Shown: in pieces, positions 1-11,577 of the stretch
Layout of the letters: each line of letters starts with the position of its first letter
How positions within the stretch are numbered: position 1 is the stretch's first letter
From: Tepidiformaceae bacterium
GTDB lineage: Bacteria > Chloroflexota > Dehalococcoidia > Tepidiformales > Tepidiformaceae
Length of the DNA: 64,000 nt
NCBI GenBank assembly: GCA_045562595.1
Contig: JBJKVN010000004.1
Coordinates: 41,460 to 105,459, forward strand
Direction of reading: 5' to 3'
Notes under the pieces: model-generated
The model's input: only the letters and a program-made list of their open reading frames with translations
What the model was told of the DNA's origin: nothing
Databases searched by the model: none
Program-made: the position numbers and the translations under genes

Positions 1-975
<975 letters not shown>

Positions 976-978
976 TTA

Positions 979-984
979 ATTATA
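979..984 (-). promoter_or_regulatory. Candidate -10 box (TATAAT) 9 nt upstream of the ligA ATG
   Basis: The minus strand reads ...TCCACA-N18-TATAAT-TAAGTTGAA-ATG. The -10 hexamer is perfect and the -35 is weak (4/6). No SD lies between the -10 and the ATG, which suggests a near-leaderless transcript. Pattern match only. Confidence 0.25.
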
Positions 985-1041
985 CCTATTCGGGCGTTAT
1001 GTTGTGGAATATCTTTTCTCTATGCATGCTATTCTCAGGTT

Positions 1042-1707
1042 GTGGGTTCATCAGTTCTGATAGTTGATTATGATGCTGGCAATTTGCGTAGCGTGACGCG
1101 TGCTGTTGCTCGTTCAGGGGCAACGCCAATTGTTACGGATAAACCAGAAGATTTGAAGGGGGCTGATGCGGTAATACTTCCAGGTGTAGGTTCAGCAGCT
1201 GATACCATGTCAAAACTAGTAGCTAAATCACTGGATGAACCCCTACGGGAGTATATTTTTTCTGGTCGTCCTTTCCTCGGTGTTTGTATGGGTATGCAGG
1301 CACTGTTTGACTTTTCTGAAGAAGGTGGTGGACAGAAGTGTTTGGGTATCTTTCCGGGAACAGTGCATCATTTTTCGTTAGAAAATTTTAAGGTTCCACA
1401 TATGGGATGGAATACTGTGGAATGGCTTCATGATCACCCCGTTATTGAGGGGATTCCAAACAATTCATATTTTTACTTTGTGCATTCTTTTTTTGCTGAG
1501 CCAACAGAGGGAGGGGTAGTTCTCGGTCAAACTAAATATGGAGTTACATTTCCAAGCATTATTGCTCAGGATAATGTGTTTGCTACTCAGTTTCATCCTG
1601 AAAAAAGCTCGGACTTAGGATTAAGTCTCTATGCAAATTTCGTTGCTTGGGCTAAAAACCCCGGATTTTATGCGGGATCTAATAAGGAGAAAAAGACTGA
1701 CATTTGA
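1042..1707 (+). CDS. hisH: Imidazole glycerol phosphate synthase, glutamine amidotransferase subunit HisH
   Basis: Track ORF 901..1707. LIVDYDAGNLRSV, GVCMGMQ (nucleophile Cys) and FHPEKS are HisH/class-I GATase hallmarks. The first ~140 nt of the track ORF are antisense to ligA, so I moved the start to GTG 1042. CTG 1057 is also possible. Confidence 0.85.
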   Translation: MGSSVLIVDYDAGNLRSVTRAVARSGATPIVTDKPEDLKGADAVILPGVGSAADTMSKLVAKSLDEPLREYIFSGRPFLGVCMGMQALFDFSEEGGGQKCLGIFPGTVHHFSLENFKVPHMGWNTVEWLHDHPVIEGIPNNSYFYFVHSFFAEPTEGGVVLGQTKYGVTFPSIIAQDNVFATQFHPEKSSDLGLSLYANFVAWAKNPGFYAGSNKEKKTDI

Positions 1708-2437
1708 GGTTATTCCTGCCATAGATATTAGAGGAGGGTTTTGCGTCCGCTTATTTCAAGGGGATTATGAGCAAGAGACTCGTTATAACCTTGATCCTAT
1801 TGAAGTGGCAACGCAATGGGAGATGGAAGGGGCAGGTCTTTTACATGTTGTGGATTTAGATGGTGCTAAATTAGGTCACCCGGTCAACAGTAAGATTATT
1901 TCTGAAATATGTTCGGCTGTTAAGATTCCAGTTGAGGTTTCTGGGGGTATTCGAAATTCCTTGTCTATTGCAGATGCTTTTGAAATGGGTGCTAGCTTAG
2001 TTCAGTTGGGAAGTGCTGCTGTAAAAGATCTTGGGATTGTGAAAGAAGCGGTTACTAAGCACTCTTCAGGTATTACAGTTGCACTGGATATTCGAGAGGG
2101 GAATATATATGTGGATGGGTGGAGGAAAAAGGCCGAAAATCCAGTAGGTTTAGATCCGATTAATTTTGCTATTGAGTTGGCTGATATAGGTGTCCAGAGA
2201 CTAATGGTCACAGATATTTCTCGTGATGGGGCCCTTGAGGGTGTGAACCTTGATCTAATGGCGAATTTCGTGGAAAAAGTGGAAATCCCTGTCATAGCAT
2301 CGGGAGGGGTTTCATCGATCAAAGATATACTTTCACTTTCGCAAATTGGCTGTGAAGGAGTGGTTGTAGGAAAAGCTTTGTATGAGAAAATTTTTAGTAT
2401 TAGTGATGTCCAGGTTGCCTTAAAAAATGCTAACTAA
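1697..2437 (+). CDS. hisA: ProFAR isomerase HisA
   Basis: Track ORF 1631..2437. (M)[23 protein letters not shown]...HVVDLDGA is the canonical HisA N-terminus. AAGGAG (1684..1689) plus a 7-nt spacer precedes CTG 1697. The only canonical in-frame start, ATG 1670, has no SD and adds 9 extra residues. The stop is secure and the start is uncertain. Confidence 0.85.
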   Translation: MTFEVIPAIDIRGGFCVRLFQGDYEQETRYNLDPIEVATQWEMEGAGLLHVVDLDGAKLGHPVNSKIISEICSAVKIPVEVSGGIRNSLSIADAFEMGASLVQLGSAAVKDLGIVKEAVTKHSSGITVALDIREGNIYVDGWRKKAENPVGLDPINFAIELADIGVQRLMVTDISRDGALEGVNLDLMANFVEKVEIPVIASGGVSSIKDILSLSQIGCEGVVVGKALYEKIFSISDVQVALKNAN

Positions 2438-3194
2438 ACGTATTATCCCGTGTTTTGATGTGGATCGTGGACGTGTGGTGAAAGGGGTCTCCTTTGTAGA
2501 TCTTAGAGATGCAGGTGATCCGGTTGAGCTTGCAAAATTATACAATCAGGAAGGTGCTGATGAGCTTGTTTTTCTTGATATCACGGCTTCCTCAGATGAC
2601 CGAAAAACTGTGTACGATATGGTTGCAGCGACAGCAGATCAGGTTTTTATCCCGTTTACAGTTGGAGGTGGAATTCGCTCTACTGAAGACGTAAAAATTA
2701 TGCTTGAACTTGGGGCAGATAAAGTGAGTATTAATACCGCTGCTATTGAAAACCCTACTTTGATAAGAGATGCTGCTTATCGATTTGGGAGTCAGTGTAT
2801 TGTGGTCGCGATTGATGCTCAAAAGGTGGCGGGTACCAACTCTGAGTGGCAAGTTTATACACATGGTGGACGAGAACCTACGGGTATTGGGGCAGTTGAG
2901 TGGGCATCGGAAGTGGTAACCCAGGGTGCTGGCGAGCTCTTAGTTACAAGTATGGATGCAGATGGCCATCAAGATGGATACGATACTGAATTGTTGCAGG
3001 CAATTAATAAGGCTGTGAATGTGCCAGTAATCGCTTCTGGAGGTGCTGGTGGTCCAGCGCACATGAAGGATGCTTTAGTAGAAGGAAAGGCTGATGCTGT
3101 TTTAGCTGCTAGCATCTTTCATTTCGGCACCTATTCTATCCGACAGGTTAAGGCATATCTTGCTGATGCAGGTGTTCCAATCCGGCGTAGTTAA
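2427..3194 (+). CDS. hisF: Imidazole glycerol phosphate synthase cyclase subunit HisF
   Basis: [20 protein letters not shown]...FLDITAS...GGGIRS...ASGGAG. Full-length HisF (255 aa) that overlaps the hisA stop by 11 nt. Confidence 0.95.
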   Translation: MLTKRIIPCFDVDRGRVVKGVSFVDLRDAGDPVELAKLYNQEGADELVFLDITASSDDRKTVYDMVAATADQVFIPFTVGGGIRSTEDVKIMLELGADKVSINTAAIENPTLIRDAAYRFGSQCIVVAIDAQKVAGTNSEWQVYTHGGREPTGIGAVEWASEVVTQGAGELLVTSMDADGHQDGYDTELLQAINKAVNVPVIASGGAGGPAHMKDALVEGKADAVLAASIFHFGTYSIRQVKAYLADAGVPIRRS

Positions 3195-3222
3195 AAAAAT
3201 TAAAAAGAATGGAAGGTAAAAT

Positions 3223-3552
3223 ATGAGTTTAGAACTTGATCAAAATGATCTTATTCCCGCAGTTGTGCAAGATGTTGATACAAAAGAAGTTTTGGTATTG
3301 GCTTGGATGAATCCGGAGTCTCTCGAGATGAGTCTAGCATCTGGACATGTCACCTTTTGGAGTCGCAGTCGTAATGAAATCTGGGAGAAGGGTGCTACAA
3401 GCGGAAATTATCTTAATTTGGTAAGCATAAAAAAGAATTGCGAGGATAATTCACTCTTGGTATTTGCACGTCCAGATGGTCCTACGTGCCACACTGGTAA
3501 TATTTCCTGTTACTATCGAGAGCTTGATTCTGAAGAAATTCCGAAGGTTTAA
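3223..3552 (+). CDS. hisI: Phosphoribosyl-AMP cyclohydrolase HisI (no fused HisE domain)
   Basis: LIPAVVQD...VLVLAWMN...FWSRSRNEIWEKGATSGN...DGPTCHTGNISCY matches HisI. It is 109 aa with a GAAGG SD upstream. Confidence 0.9.
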   Translation: MSLELDQNDLIPAVVQDVDTKEVLVLAWMNPESLEMSLASGHVTFWSRSRNEIWEKGATSGNYLNLVSIKKNCEDNSLLVFARPDGPTCHTGNISCYYRELDSEEIPKV

Positions 3553-3557
3553 TATCG

Positions 3558-4289
3558 ATGGATTCAAGTGGTCCTGACTACACAGAATTACTTTTCCCCC
3601 CTGCTCCGGTGGATCGGCCAACTGTAATTTTAAATGGTGTCATGTCTGCTGATGGTAAGGCAGTTATTAAAAGTACTGAGCAGGGGATTGGTTCAAGTAC
3701 CGATCAGCGATTGATGCGTGAACTGAGACTTCATGCTGATATTGTTTTAAATGGTGCTGAAACGCTTCGGACGAGTGGTACTTCTTCACGGCTTGGATTC
3801 AAAGATTTGGACGAAATAAGGCAAAGCAGGGGTAAAGCGGTACCAATTGCTGCTGTTTTAAGTCGTAGCGGTAATCTACCCATCGAGAAGCAATTTTTTC
3901 AAGCTACAGATTTCCCAGCGGTCGTATACCTTTCTGAAACTGTATCTGAACAGAAGAGGAAAATTGTAGAAGACACAGGTCGGCCAGTCGTTGTTTTGCC
4001 TAGGAATAACGAAATTGAGGCGATGCTAGTACATATGCGAAATGTTCTTAACTGTGAGTTATTACTTGTTGAAGGTGGTCCTGCAACATATGCAGCTTTT
4101 TACAAAGAGGGTTGTGTTGATGAGGTATTTTTAACAATTGGTCCTGTGATTGTTGCTGGTGAAGATACACTTTCCTTAGTTTCTGGGAAAAATGCTTTTT
4201 CACCTGAGACTGTTCCGCATTTAGAATTAGTTAGTTCTATACCAAATATGGAAACTAGCGAGGTATATCTTCGTTATCGGATGAAATAA
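3558..4289 (+). CDS. RibD C-terminal domain / dihydrofolate-reductase-like reductase family protein
   Basis: 243 aa. VILNGVMSADGK...STDQRLMRELR..ADIVLNGAETLR...LLVEGGPATYAAF resembles the RibD_C (pyrimidine reductase) fold. The substrate is unknown. Confidence 0.65.
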   Translation: MDSSGPDYTELLFPPAPVDRPTVILNGVMSADGKAVIKSTEQGIGSSTDQRLMRELRLHADIVLNGAETLRTSGTSSRLGFKDLDEIRQSRGKAVPIAAVLSRSGNLPIEKQFFQATDFPAVVYLSETVSEQKRKIVEDTGRPVVVLPRNNEIEAMLVHMRNVLNCELLLVEGGPATYAAFYKEGCVDEVFLTIGPVIVAGEDTLSLVSGKNAFSPETVPHLELVSSIPNMETSEVYLRYRMK

Positions 4290-4340
4290 TTATAAAATGA
4301 TTTGTTTTGAGAGTCATAATTATGCAAGTGAGGTTGTTCA

Positions 4341-7220
4341 CTGAAATATATAGAGATCCAGGGTGCTAGAGAGCATAACCTTCAAAATATTGATGTCCGA
4401 ATTCCCCGCGACCAGTTGGTTGTAATTACTGGTGTTTCTGGTTCCGGGAAATCTTCATTGGCATTCGACACAATTTATGCGGAAGGTCAACGTAGATATG
4501 TGGAATCCTTGTCTGCTTATGCGCGGCAATTTCTTGGATTGATGGAAAAACCTGCGGTTGATTATATTGATGGACTTTCGCCAGCGATCTCTATAGATCA
4601 GAAATCCACATCAAATAATCCGCGTTCTACAGTGGGCACTGTTACTGAGATCTATGATTACATGCGGCTTTTGTGGGCGCGCGTTGGACGACCTCATTGC
4701 TTAGAATGTGGTCGTCCAGTTACGAGACAGACTGTGCAACAAATTGTTGATGCGGTCCTTGAATATCCACCAGGTTCTCGCCTTTTGATACTTGCCCCCG
4801 TAACAAAAGCTATGCGTGGTGAACATGTAGCTATATTAGATGAGGCAAGAATTGCTGGCTTTGTACGAGTGCGTATAGATGGTGAGATCTATGATTTGGA
4901 CGAAGAGATAAAGCTCGATAGATATAAGCGACATGATATTGAAATTGTTATAGATCGATTGGTGATTCCTAAAAGTACTGAGAATAGTGATGAGAATTTA
5001 AGATTAGCGGAATCGGTTGAAACTGGTTTGTCTGTTGGACAAGGTGTTATCAATGTAGCAATTGTGGGAAGTGTCGATAAGGAAGGTGGTGAGGAGGAAC
5101 TGTTTGAAAGAGTTTTTTCTGAGCATTTTGCTTGTCCGTACGATTCCTTTTCTTTTGAAGAGGTGGAGCCGCGAACCTTTTCTTTTAATAGTCCGCATGG
5201 TGCATGTAAGCGATGCACTGGGCTAGGCGTTGAAATGCAAGTTGATCCTGCACTTGTAATTCCTGATCGCACATTGTCGTTATCAGGTGGTGCTATTGAG
5301 CCATACAATCATGCTCTTACTAGTGGTATGTGGTACAACCGATTCTTCGAATCGATTGCGGATGAATATGGTTTTTCTGTAGATGTTCCTATTTCAGAAT
5401 TAAACGAAACGCAGTTGAATGTTGTCTTGTACGGTACAGGTGATAAGCGTTTGGACGTGCGGTATAACACTAAAAGAGGACAGTCTCGACTTTATACTGC
5501 TCGTTTTGAGGGTGTCATTAATAATCTACAGAGGCGTTATAAGGAGACTGATTCCGAACGAAGAAGATCTGCAATTGAGCGTTATATGGCCGCAGTAGCT
5601 TGTCCTGATTGTTTAGGGCAGCGTCTTCGTTCGGAAGCATTGATGGTACTAATTGATGAGGTCAATATTGATTCAATTGCAAAATTGAGTGTGTCAGAGG
5701 CATTGGCATGGTTTAAAAATTTAACCGGAAAATCTACTCCGTTAGATATTCGTGAAAAAGTGATTGGCGAGCAGGTTCTTAAAGAAATTTGTGGCCGTTT
5801 AGAGTTTCTTGTTGATGTTGGGCTTGATTATTTAACACTTTCACGATCGGCTGGATCACTTTCAGGTGGTGAGGCCCAGCGAATTAGGTTAGCAACGCAA
5901 ATTGGGTCGGCCTTAATGGGTGTTTTATATATATGTGATGAGCCTTCAATTGGTCTTCACTCAGTGGATGGAGATCGCTTGATACGTACATTGGAACGCC
6001 TTCGTGATTTAGGAAATACGGTGATTATTGTTGAACATGATGAGGCTACAATGCGTGCTGCTGACCATATTATTGATCTTGGTCCTATGGCTGGTGTTGG
6101 TGGGGGAGAAGTAGTTGCTCAGGGTTCTTTGGCAGATATTGTTAAGAATTCGAGGAGTATGACGGGGGCATATTTATCTGGAAAAAGAGTTATACCCATT
6201 CCTAAAACTCGTCGTTCGGGTAATGGACAATCCTTGTTTGTTCAAGGTGCACGTGCAAATAACCTCAAGAATTTGGATGTGGAATTTCCATTAGGTCTTT
6301 TTATTCTTGTCACCGGTGTTTCTGGATCTGGAAAGTCATCTTTAGTGAATGAAATCCTCGTACGTCGAGCTGCACAGGTTGTTCACAAAAGTTACCAAAG
6401 ACCTGGCGATCATGATGCAATTGCAGGCCTCGATCATCTTGATAAAGTGGTAAATATTGATCAGTCACCAATAGGTCGTACGCCTCGTTCGAACCCCGCA
6501 ACTTATACAGGTGTTTTCACACTAATACGAGAGCTATTTGCTTCGGTCCCGGAGTCACGTGCGCGTGGTTATAAGCCGGGGAGGTTTTCTTTTAATGTGA
6601 AAGGTGGACGTTGTGAAGAATGTAGAGGTGATGGATATAAGCTTGTAGAGATGCAATTTTTGCCAGATGTGACAGTTCCTTGTGAGGTCTGTGATGGCAG
6701 TCGTTATAATCGTGAAGCTTTAGAAATAAAATTTCGAAACAAAACAATAGCTGAAGTGTTAAACCTGACCGTTGACGAAGCTGTTGGTTTGTTTGAAGCG
6801 TTTCCTCGAGTAAAGCGTATCTTGCAAACTCTTGTAGACACTGGGTTGGGTTACATCCGGCTAGGGCAACCATCAACTACGTTGTCTGGAGGTGAAGCCC
6901 AGCGAATTAAATTAGCTTCTGAGTTATCACGACGTTCAACAGGTAAAACTTTGTATGTTCTTGATGAACCGACAACAGGCTTGTCATTTCTAGATGTTCA
7001 TAATTTATTGGATGTATTGCACCGATTGGTAGATAGTGGAAATACCGTCGTTGTTATTGAGCATCATCTTGACGTGATTAAGTCGGCTGACCACATAATT
7101 GATTTAGGTCCTCATGGCGGTGATCGTGGAGGTTTAATTGTGGCACAAGGTACTCCAGAAAAAGTTGCAAAAGTTAAAAAGAGTGCAACAGGACAGTATC
7201 TGAAATTACTTCTAGATTAG
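4341..7220 (+). CDS. uvrA: Excinuclease ABC subunit A (UvrA)
   Basis: The track ORF starts at TTG 4416, inside the first Walker A region ([19 protein letters not shown]). Conserved N-terminal residues [24 protein letters not shown] are encoded at 4344..4415, after the in-frame TGA at 4329. CTG 4341, with GAGG 7 nt upstream, is the best start. Two ABC modules and the zinc-finger Cys clusters are present. Confidence 0.93.
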   Translation: MKYIEIQGAREHNLQNIDVRIPRDQLVVITGVSGSGKSSLAFDTIYAEGQRRYVESLSAYARQFLGLMEKPAVDYIDGLSPAISIDQKSTSNNPRSTVGTVTEIYDYMRLLWARVGRPHCLECGRPVTRQTVQQIVDAVLEYPPGSRLLILAPVTKAMRGEHVAILDEARIAGFVRVRIDGEIYDLDEEIKLDRYKRHDIEIVIDRLVIPKSTENSDENLRLAESVETGLSVGQGVINVAIVGSVDKEGGEEELFERVFSEHFACPYDSFSFEEVEPRTFSFNSPHGACKRCTGLGVEMQVDPALVIPDRTLSLSGGAIEPYNHALTSGMWYNRFFESIADEYGFSVDVPISELNETQLNVVLYGTGDKRLDVRYNTKRGQSRLYTARFEGVINNLQRRYKETDSERRRSAIERYMAAVACPDCLGQRLRSEALMVLIDEVNIDSIAKLSVSEALAWFKNLTGKSTPLDIREKVIGEQVLKEICGRLEFLVDVGLDYLTLSRSAGSLSGGEAQRIRLATQIGSALMGVLYICDEPSIGLHSVDGDRLIRTLERLRDLGNTVIIVEHDEATMRAADHIIDLGPMAGVGGGEVVAQGSLADIVKNSRSMTGAYLSGKRVIPIPKTRRSGNGQSLFVQGARANNLKNLDVEFPLGLFILVTGVSGSGKSSLVNEILVRRAAQVVHKSYQRPGDHDAIAGLDHLDKVVNIDQSPIGRTPRSNPATYTGVFTLIRELFASVPESRARGYKPGRFSFNVKGGRCEECRGDGYKLVEMQFLPDVTVPCEVCDGSRYNREALEIKFRNKTIAEVLNLTVDEAVGLFEAFPRVKRILQTLVDTGLGYIRLGQPSTTLSGGEAQRIKLASELSRRSTGKTLYVLDEPTTGLSFLDVHNLLDVLHRLVDSGNTVVVIEHHLDVIKSADHIIDLGPHGGDRGGLIVAQGTPEKVAKVKKSATGQYLKLLLD

Positions 7221-8066
7221 CCTTTCAAGTAAATCTTTGTAATGGCTGTGTTCAAGAGAAGTGGTAATTTCACCAAGTCCAGTCCAGCCTTTCCAATCCC
7301 AATTGTCTGTGACTCGCGGTTTATCTACTGGATTTTGCACTTCCGTGTTTTTGCTGGCTAATATCAATTGGTAGTGTGAGCTAAGGGGTAGTGTTTGGTT
7401 TACAATCCCGATCCAGAATTGTAGGTCTGGCGTATTACCAGAAAAAGTTGTTCCTAAGTATCGAAATTCCCCCTGTATCGCTTGTGATGCACTGTTGAGA
7501 TATTCCGTATTTACACCATACTTTTCTCTAATTACTGCCCCGCCGAGCGCGTAGAGTTTATTTGTTTTTAGTGCTTGTTGAACGGTTACTGACCCGTGGC
7601 CGAGAATGTCCGTCTGTATAAAGTTTCCGAATTCCAAAGCGAGCTTTTCTGAACTTGTACCAAGAGTTTCTCTAATTTGTTCCCATGTTACTGATACCCA
7701 GTTGCTCGGGGGCGTATCCCCTTTAAAGCTTATCCAAAGCAACACTGCATTGTCTGCCTTTAGTGTTTGTAACTTTGTTCTCTCTTCAATATTATTGTTT
7801 GTTTGCGTATTAATTTTTATGAAGAGACGTTTATTGTTAGTTAACTCGACCAATAAACTAATAATTTGGTCATCAACTAATACCTGACAGTGAGTTTCCT
7901 TAACTGTGCCGAAACATTCCGCCACTGATGTGAGTAGTTCTGTTAGTTGAGATTGTTTTGTTTCTAGCAAATAAGCTAAGGCACTGACACAATAATTTTC
8001 AAAAGGATCTGTGCCGATGCCAGCCTGGAATGAAGATAGTGCTTCGAAAATATTTTTGTTTGTCAT
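7212..8066 (-). CDS. Hypothetical protein (284 aa), possible PD-(D/E)xK-nuclease-like N-terminal domain
   Basis: Clean 284-aa ORF 34 nt downstream of mfd on the same strand. Its last 9 nt overlap the uvrA 3' end convergently. The N-terminus NIFEAL...FENYCVSALAYLLE...VLVDDQIISLLVEL...LFIKIN is reminiscent of uncharacterised PD-(D/E)xK families. I do not recognise the C-terminal half. Confidence 0.55.
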   Translation of the reverse strand: MTNKNIFEALSSFQAGIGTDPFENYCVSALAYLLETKQSQLTELLTSVAECFGTVKETHCQVLVDDQIISLLVELTNNKRLFIKINTQTNNNIEERTKLQTLKADNAVLLWISFKGDTPPSNWVSVTWEQIRETLGTSSEKLALEFGNFIQTDILGHGSVTVQQALKTNKLYALGGAVIREKYGVNTEYLNSASQAIQGEFRYLGTTFSGNTPDLQFWIGIVNQTLPLSSHYQLILASKNTEVQNPVDKPRVTDNWDWKGWTGLGEITTSLEHSHYKDLLERLI

Positions 8067-8100
8067 AGAATTAGTATGGTCATATTACGATTTTTTCCGA

Positions 8101-11100
8101 TTAAGAATTATCAAGCTTCCGAAGAACTTGCTCAAGAAATTGAAGCCAATCACTCCCTGCTTCAATACGATCAATTCGTATCTGCTCTGGTCCCACAAAA
8201 ACACATTTGAGATTTAGAGAATTAATAAGTTGTTTCTGTCCTGTTGTTATACCACTGTAGCTGTGAATATGTAGCATTCGTGCACTTGTGCTTACCCTTT
8301 GCATCTTTGCATTGTGGGCAAGGATTTTTAAACGGACAACGGTTAGGAGTTGTTGAACTAAAGGTGGTGGTGGGCCATACCTATCTTTAAGTTCCTCTTG
8401 GAGTTCTAGAATTTCTTCGGTTGTTTTTAAATGTGTAATTCTTTCGTAAATGGCTAGTCGAGTTTCTGTATCTGCAAGATATGTTTCAGGAATTGAAGCA
8501 CTAAGCGGAACGTCAATTTGTACGCTTATCGTATGGTCTTGAGTCGTTTCATCATTGATACCCAAGCCACGTTTAAGTGCAGCAACCGCTTCCCCCATAA
8601 GGCGAGAATATAGTTGGAATCCAATTGCAGCTATATGGCCGCTTTGTTCACTTCCTAAAACATTGCCAGCTCCTCGGATTTCAAGGTCGCGTAAGGCAAT
8701 TTGAAATCCAGACCCTAGTTCGGTGGCTTGAAAAATTGCTTCAAGGCGTTGTTGTGCGGTTTCTGTAATATTTTGGGTTTTGTCATGCAAAAGATGTGCA
8801 TAAGCTCTTACTGCTCCTCTCCCTACCCTGCCCCTTAGTTGGTACAGTTGTGCTAAACCAAATCTGTTTGCTTTATCAATTAAAATGGTATTTACGTTTG
8901 GGAGGTCTAGACCGCTTTCAATGATGGTTGTGCACAGCAAGATATCGTAAGTTCCTCTTGAAAATTCGTACATAACCTGTTCGAGTTTCTCTTCTTGCAT
9001 TTGTCCGTGCGCAATTGCAAGAGTCGCTTCAGGCACAAGGTCATTTAACTGTTTCGCTACTTTGTTGATTGTACCAACTCGGTTGTGGACGAAATAAATT
9101 TGCCCATCTCTGTCTATTTCTTGAAGGATTGCTTTTCTGATAGCGCCATCGTCCCACTCAGAGATATAGGTTTTAACCGGTTGTCGTTCCTCAGGCGGGG
9201 TCATTAGTGTACTAATGTCACGAATTCCAGTTAGAGACATTTGCAATGTTCTTGGAATTGGTGTTGCTGACATGGTTAGAGTATCAACTTCTTTTCTAAC
9301 TTTTTTAAACCAATCTTTGTGATTAACACCAAATCTTTGTTCTTCATCGATGATAACTAAACCTAAATCATTAAATTCTATATCCCTTTGCAATAGGCGA
9401 TGTGTTCCGATAGTGATATCAACACTGCCCTTATCAATTCCCTGAATGATTTCTTTTTGGCTTTTTGTATCTCTAAACCTTGAAAGTACCTCAGTCTTTA
9501 TGGGAAAACTAGAAAGTCTTTCTCGGAAAGTTTCACCATGCTGTTCTGCTAGAACAGTTGTAGGTGCTAAAACAGCAACCTGTTTTCCATGGGTGACGGC
9601 TTTAAATGCAGCACGGATTGCGATTTCTGTTTTTCCATAACCTACATCTCCGGCGATCAGTCGGTCCATAGGCTGAGTTTTTTCCATGTCCTGTTTGACT
9701 GCACTTATCGTTTCATTTTGATCTGGAGTTTCGACAAACGGGAAAGAGCCTTCTAATTCTTGTTGCCAGGCTGTGTCAGATCCAAATGCGTAACCTTTGG
9801 CCATTGCACGTTGTGCATATAGGTCTAATAAGTCACGTGCGTTTGCAATGATTTCTTTTTGGACACGCTGTTTTGTACGTGCCCACTCTTGTGTTCCAAG
9901 TCTTGTGATTGTTGGTGTACGGTTACTAGGACCAACATATGGTGTCAAAGAATTGAGATAATCAGTAGGTACATATACATGGTCACCTGCTGCGTATTGG
10001 AGATCGAAGTATTCACGTTCGCGACCATCTGTCGTTCGCCTGACAAGCCCTAAAAATCTGCCAATTCCATGCTCGGCATGCACAATAAGATCTTTAGGTT
10101 TTAGGGTTCCTAAGAGATTTTGCTGGATTCCAATATTTTTGCGAATCCTTCTCGGCCTTCTATGTAGACCAAATATATTTTCATCTGTTATTAGTGCGAT
10201 TTTTCCTTCGATAGTAAAACCTATCATTGCGTTTGAAGGGCATATCGTAACTGAACCTTCCTTGACCATCTTTACGGTTTCCACAAGTTCACTGGGGATT
10301 CCTTCTTCTTGTAATAATGCTAAAAGACGATGTCCTTGTTGAGATGCAATGATTACTGATTCGCCATTCTGAGCTCTTTTATTTGCATCTTGGACAAGTA
10401 ATTTGAGTTGGCCTGCATAGTTTTGAGATGCCCCGATTGGTATCCGTTCTGTACCCCGTTCCTCTATTCCAAAGCGTTCAAAAATAAAATTATTTTTCTT
10501 TTGCGTGAGAGTGTGAAGAAATAAGTCTGTTTGCTTGTGTAGAGGTGGCAATCCTTTTGGTAAATCACCTTTTTCCTCGCCTTGTTTTCGATTTTCATGC
10601 TCGTGTTCCAATATTTGTAGAAGGTTTTCTTGGCCTAACTCAACCTGATCTAAAATCAAAGATCCAGAGGGATGTAAATGTTCCACTAGCGTTGCAGTAT
10701 TTAAGAAAGGTTCGTAAAAGCTGAAATTACGTGGTCTTTTTCCTTCTTGGATGAGCTCAAGTTCCTCGAGGATGAGTAAGGATTTTTCCCCCGTCTTTTT
10801 TAAAGTCTTTAGCAAATTAGTGGCACTGATTTGATTTTGCTGTGTAACAATTTCTGCTGGGGCGATCTTTATTTTTTCAAAACGTCCGCTACTTCTTTGA
10901 GTGGAAGGTTCAATTTTTCGAATACTCTCGATCGTGTCATCCAAAAATTCGAGACGGTATGGGCTTTCGTGATTCACGGGAAAGATATCAACAATTCCAC
11001 CCCGTTGTGTCACTGTTGCAACGGTGTCGGCAATTTGTTTTATTTTGTAGCCGTGTGATTCAGCCCACCGTAGTAGTGTTATCGGTTTTAGTTGTTGGTG

Positions 11101-11523
11101 AATGTTTAGAACACGTTCCTTTTTGGTTGCGTCGGGGCCTGCTTGTAACTCTGCGGCTGCAATCCAAGATGCAACTATGATTGATTGTTCTCTCCTTCGT
11201 AATTGACGTAGGACTTTTTCTTTTTCTGTTCGTAGTGAGTTTTCAATCGAAAGATTGTCATATGCTTTCTGTTCCCGTTCCGGGAATTGCATTACTGGCA
11301 TTTCAGTACAGTAAAAACTAATTTCGTTTGTTAACCGTTCAGCAGCTGTTGGTGTTGTTGTAAGTAAGAGGGTTGGCCCTTGTACATTTCTTGCAAGTAT
11401 TGCGGCAACTATTGATTTTCCATTTTCGGAGATTCCCAGAGACTGTTTTAGTGCATTGGAATTTAGTAAGGGTAAAACGAAAGGCTCTAGCGCGTTCCGA
11501 ACCCCCACTAATTGTCCAGTCAT
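8101..11523 (-). CDS. mfd: Transcription-repair coupling factor Mfd
   Basis: Track ORF 8101..11562 (TTG). ATG 11523 has GGAG 5 nt upstream, so I prefer it. Superfamily-2 helicase motifs are present ([34 protein letters not shown]), with UvrB-homology and CarD-like regions N-terminal to them. Confidence 0.93.
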   Translation of the reverse strand: MTGQLVGVRNALEPFVLPLLNSNALKQSLGISENGKSIVAAILARNVQGPTLLLTTTPTAAERLTNEISFYCTEMPVMQFPEREQKAYDNLSIENSLRTEKEKVLRQLRRREQSIIVASWIAAAELQAGPDATKKERVLNIHQQLKPITLLRWAESHGYKIKQIADTVATVTQRGGIVDIFPVNHESPYRLEFLDDTIESIRKIEPSTQRSSGRFEKIKIAPAEIVTQQNQISATNLLKTLKKTGEKSLLILEELELIQEGKRPRNFSFYEPFLNTATLVEHLHPSGSLILDQVELGQENLLQILEHEHENRKQGEEKGDLPKGLPPLHKQTDLFLHTLTQKKNNFIFERFGIEERGTERIPIGASQNYAGQLKLLVQDANKRAQNGESVIIASQQGHRLLALLQEEGIPSELVETVKMVKEGSVTICPSNAMIGFTIEGKIALITDENIFGLHRRPRRIRKNIGIQQNLLGTLKPKDLIVHAEHGIGRFLGLVRRTTDGREREYFDLQYAAGDHVYVPTDYLNSLTPYVGPSNRTPTITRLGTQEWARTKQRVQKEIIANARDLLDLYAQRAMAKGYAFGSDTAWQQELEGSFPFVETPDQNETISAVKQDMEKTQPMDRLIAGDVGYGKTEIAIRAAFKAVTHGKQVAVLAPTTVLAEQHGETFRERLSSFPIKTEVLSRFRDTKSQKEIIQGIDKGSVDITIGTHRLLQRDIEFNDLGLVIIDEEQRFGVNHKDWFKKVRKEVDTLTMSATPIPRTLQMSLTGIRDISTLMTPPEERQPVKTYISEWDDGAIRKAILQEIDRDGQIYFVHNRVGTINKVAKQLNDLVPEATLAIAHGQMQEEKLEQVMYEFSRGTYDILLCTTIIESGLDLPNVNTILIDKANRFGLAQLYQLRGRVGRGAVRAYAHLLHDKTQNITETAQQRLEAIFQATELGSGFQIALRDLEIRGAGNVLGSEQSGHIAAIGFQLYSRLMGEAVAALKRGLGINDETTQDHTISVQIDVPLSASIPETYLADTETRLAIYERITHLKTTEEILELQEELKDRYGPPPPLVQQLLTVVRLKILAHNAKMQRVSTSARMLHIHSYSGITTGQKQLINSLNLKCVFVGPEQIRIDRIEAGSDWLQFLEQVLRKLDNS

Positions 11524-11577
11524 AGATGCTCCAGTGTAGTTGCCTTGATTAGGATTTCTCAAGAATTTATTTACGAC

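Noticed and set aside
2002-2322. Many 60-170-aa track ORFs lying antisense to, or out of frame within, long conserved genes. Examples: 2002..2322, 4889..5308, 7606..7887, 12912..13277, 14743..15075, 17501..17860, 20187..20501, 21642..21959, 23222..23506, 47851..48291, 54405..54926 and 60597..61103.
   Set aside because: Each is fully embedded in a gene with clear family motifs on the other strand or frame. Their products are low-complexity or Ser/Leu/Arg-rich, as is typical of shadow ORFs. None has an SD-start arrangement that I could see.
4290-4340. SOS (LexA) box upstream of uvrA. I also looked upstream of uvrC, mfd and ligA.
   Set aside because: I scanned by eye for GAAC-N4-GTTC / CGAACNNNNGTTCG-type palindromes and found none. 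Only an isolated GTTC occurs next to the SD.
4322-4369. ATG 4322 as the uvrA start, joined to the main frame by a frameshift.
   Set aside because: That frame ([15 protein letters not shown]) shows no UvrA similarity. The main frame already encodes the complete canonical N-terminus from CTG 4341, so a frameshift is the less economical explanation.
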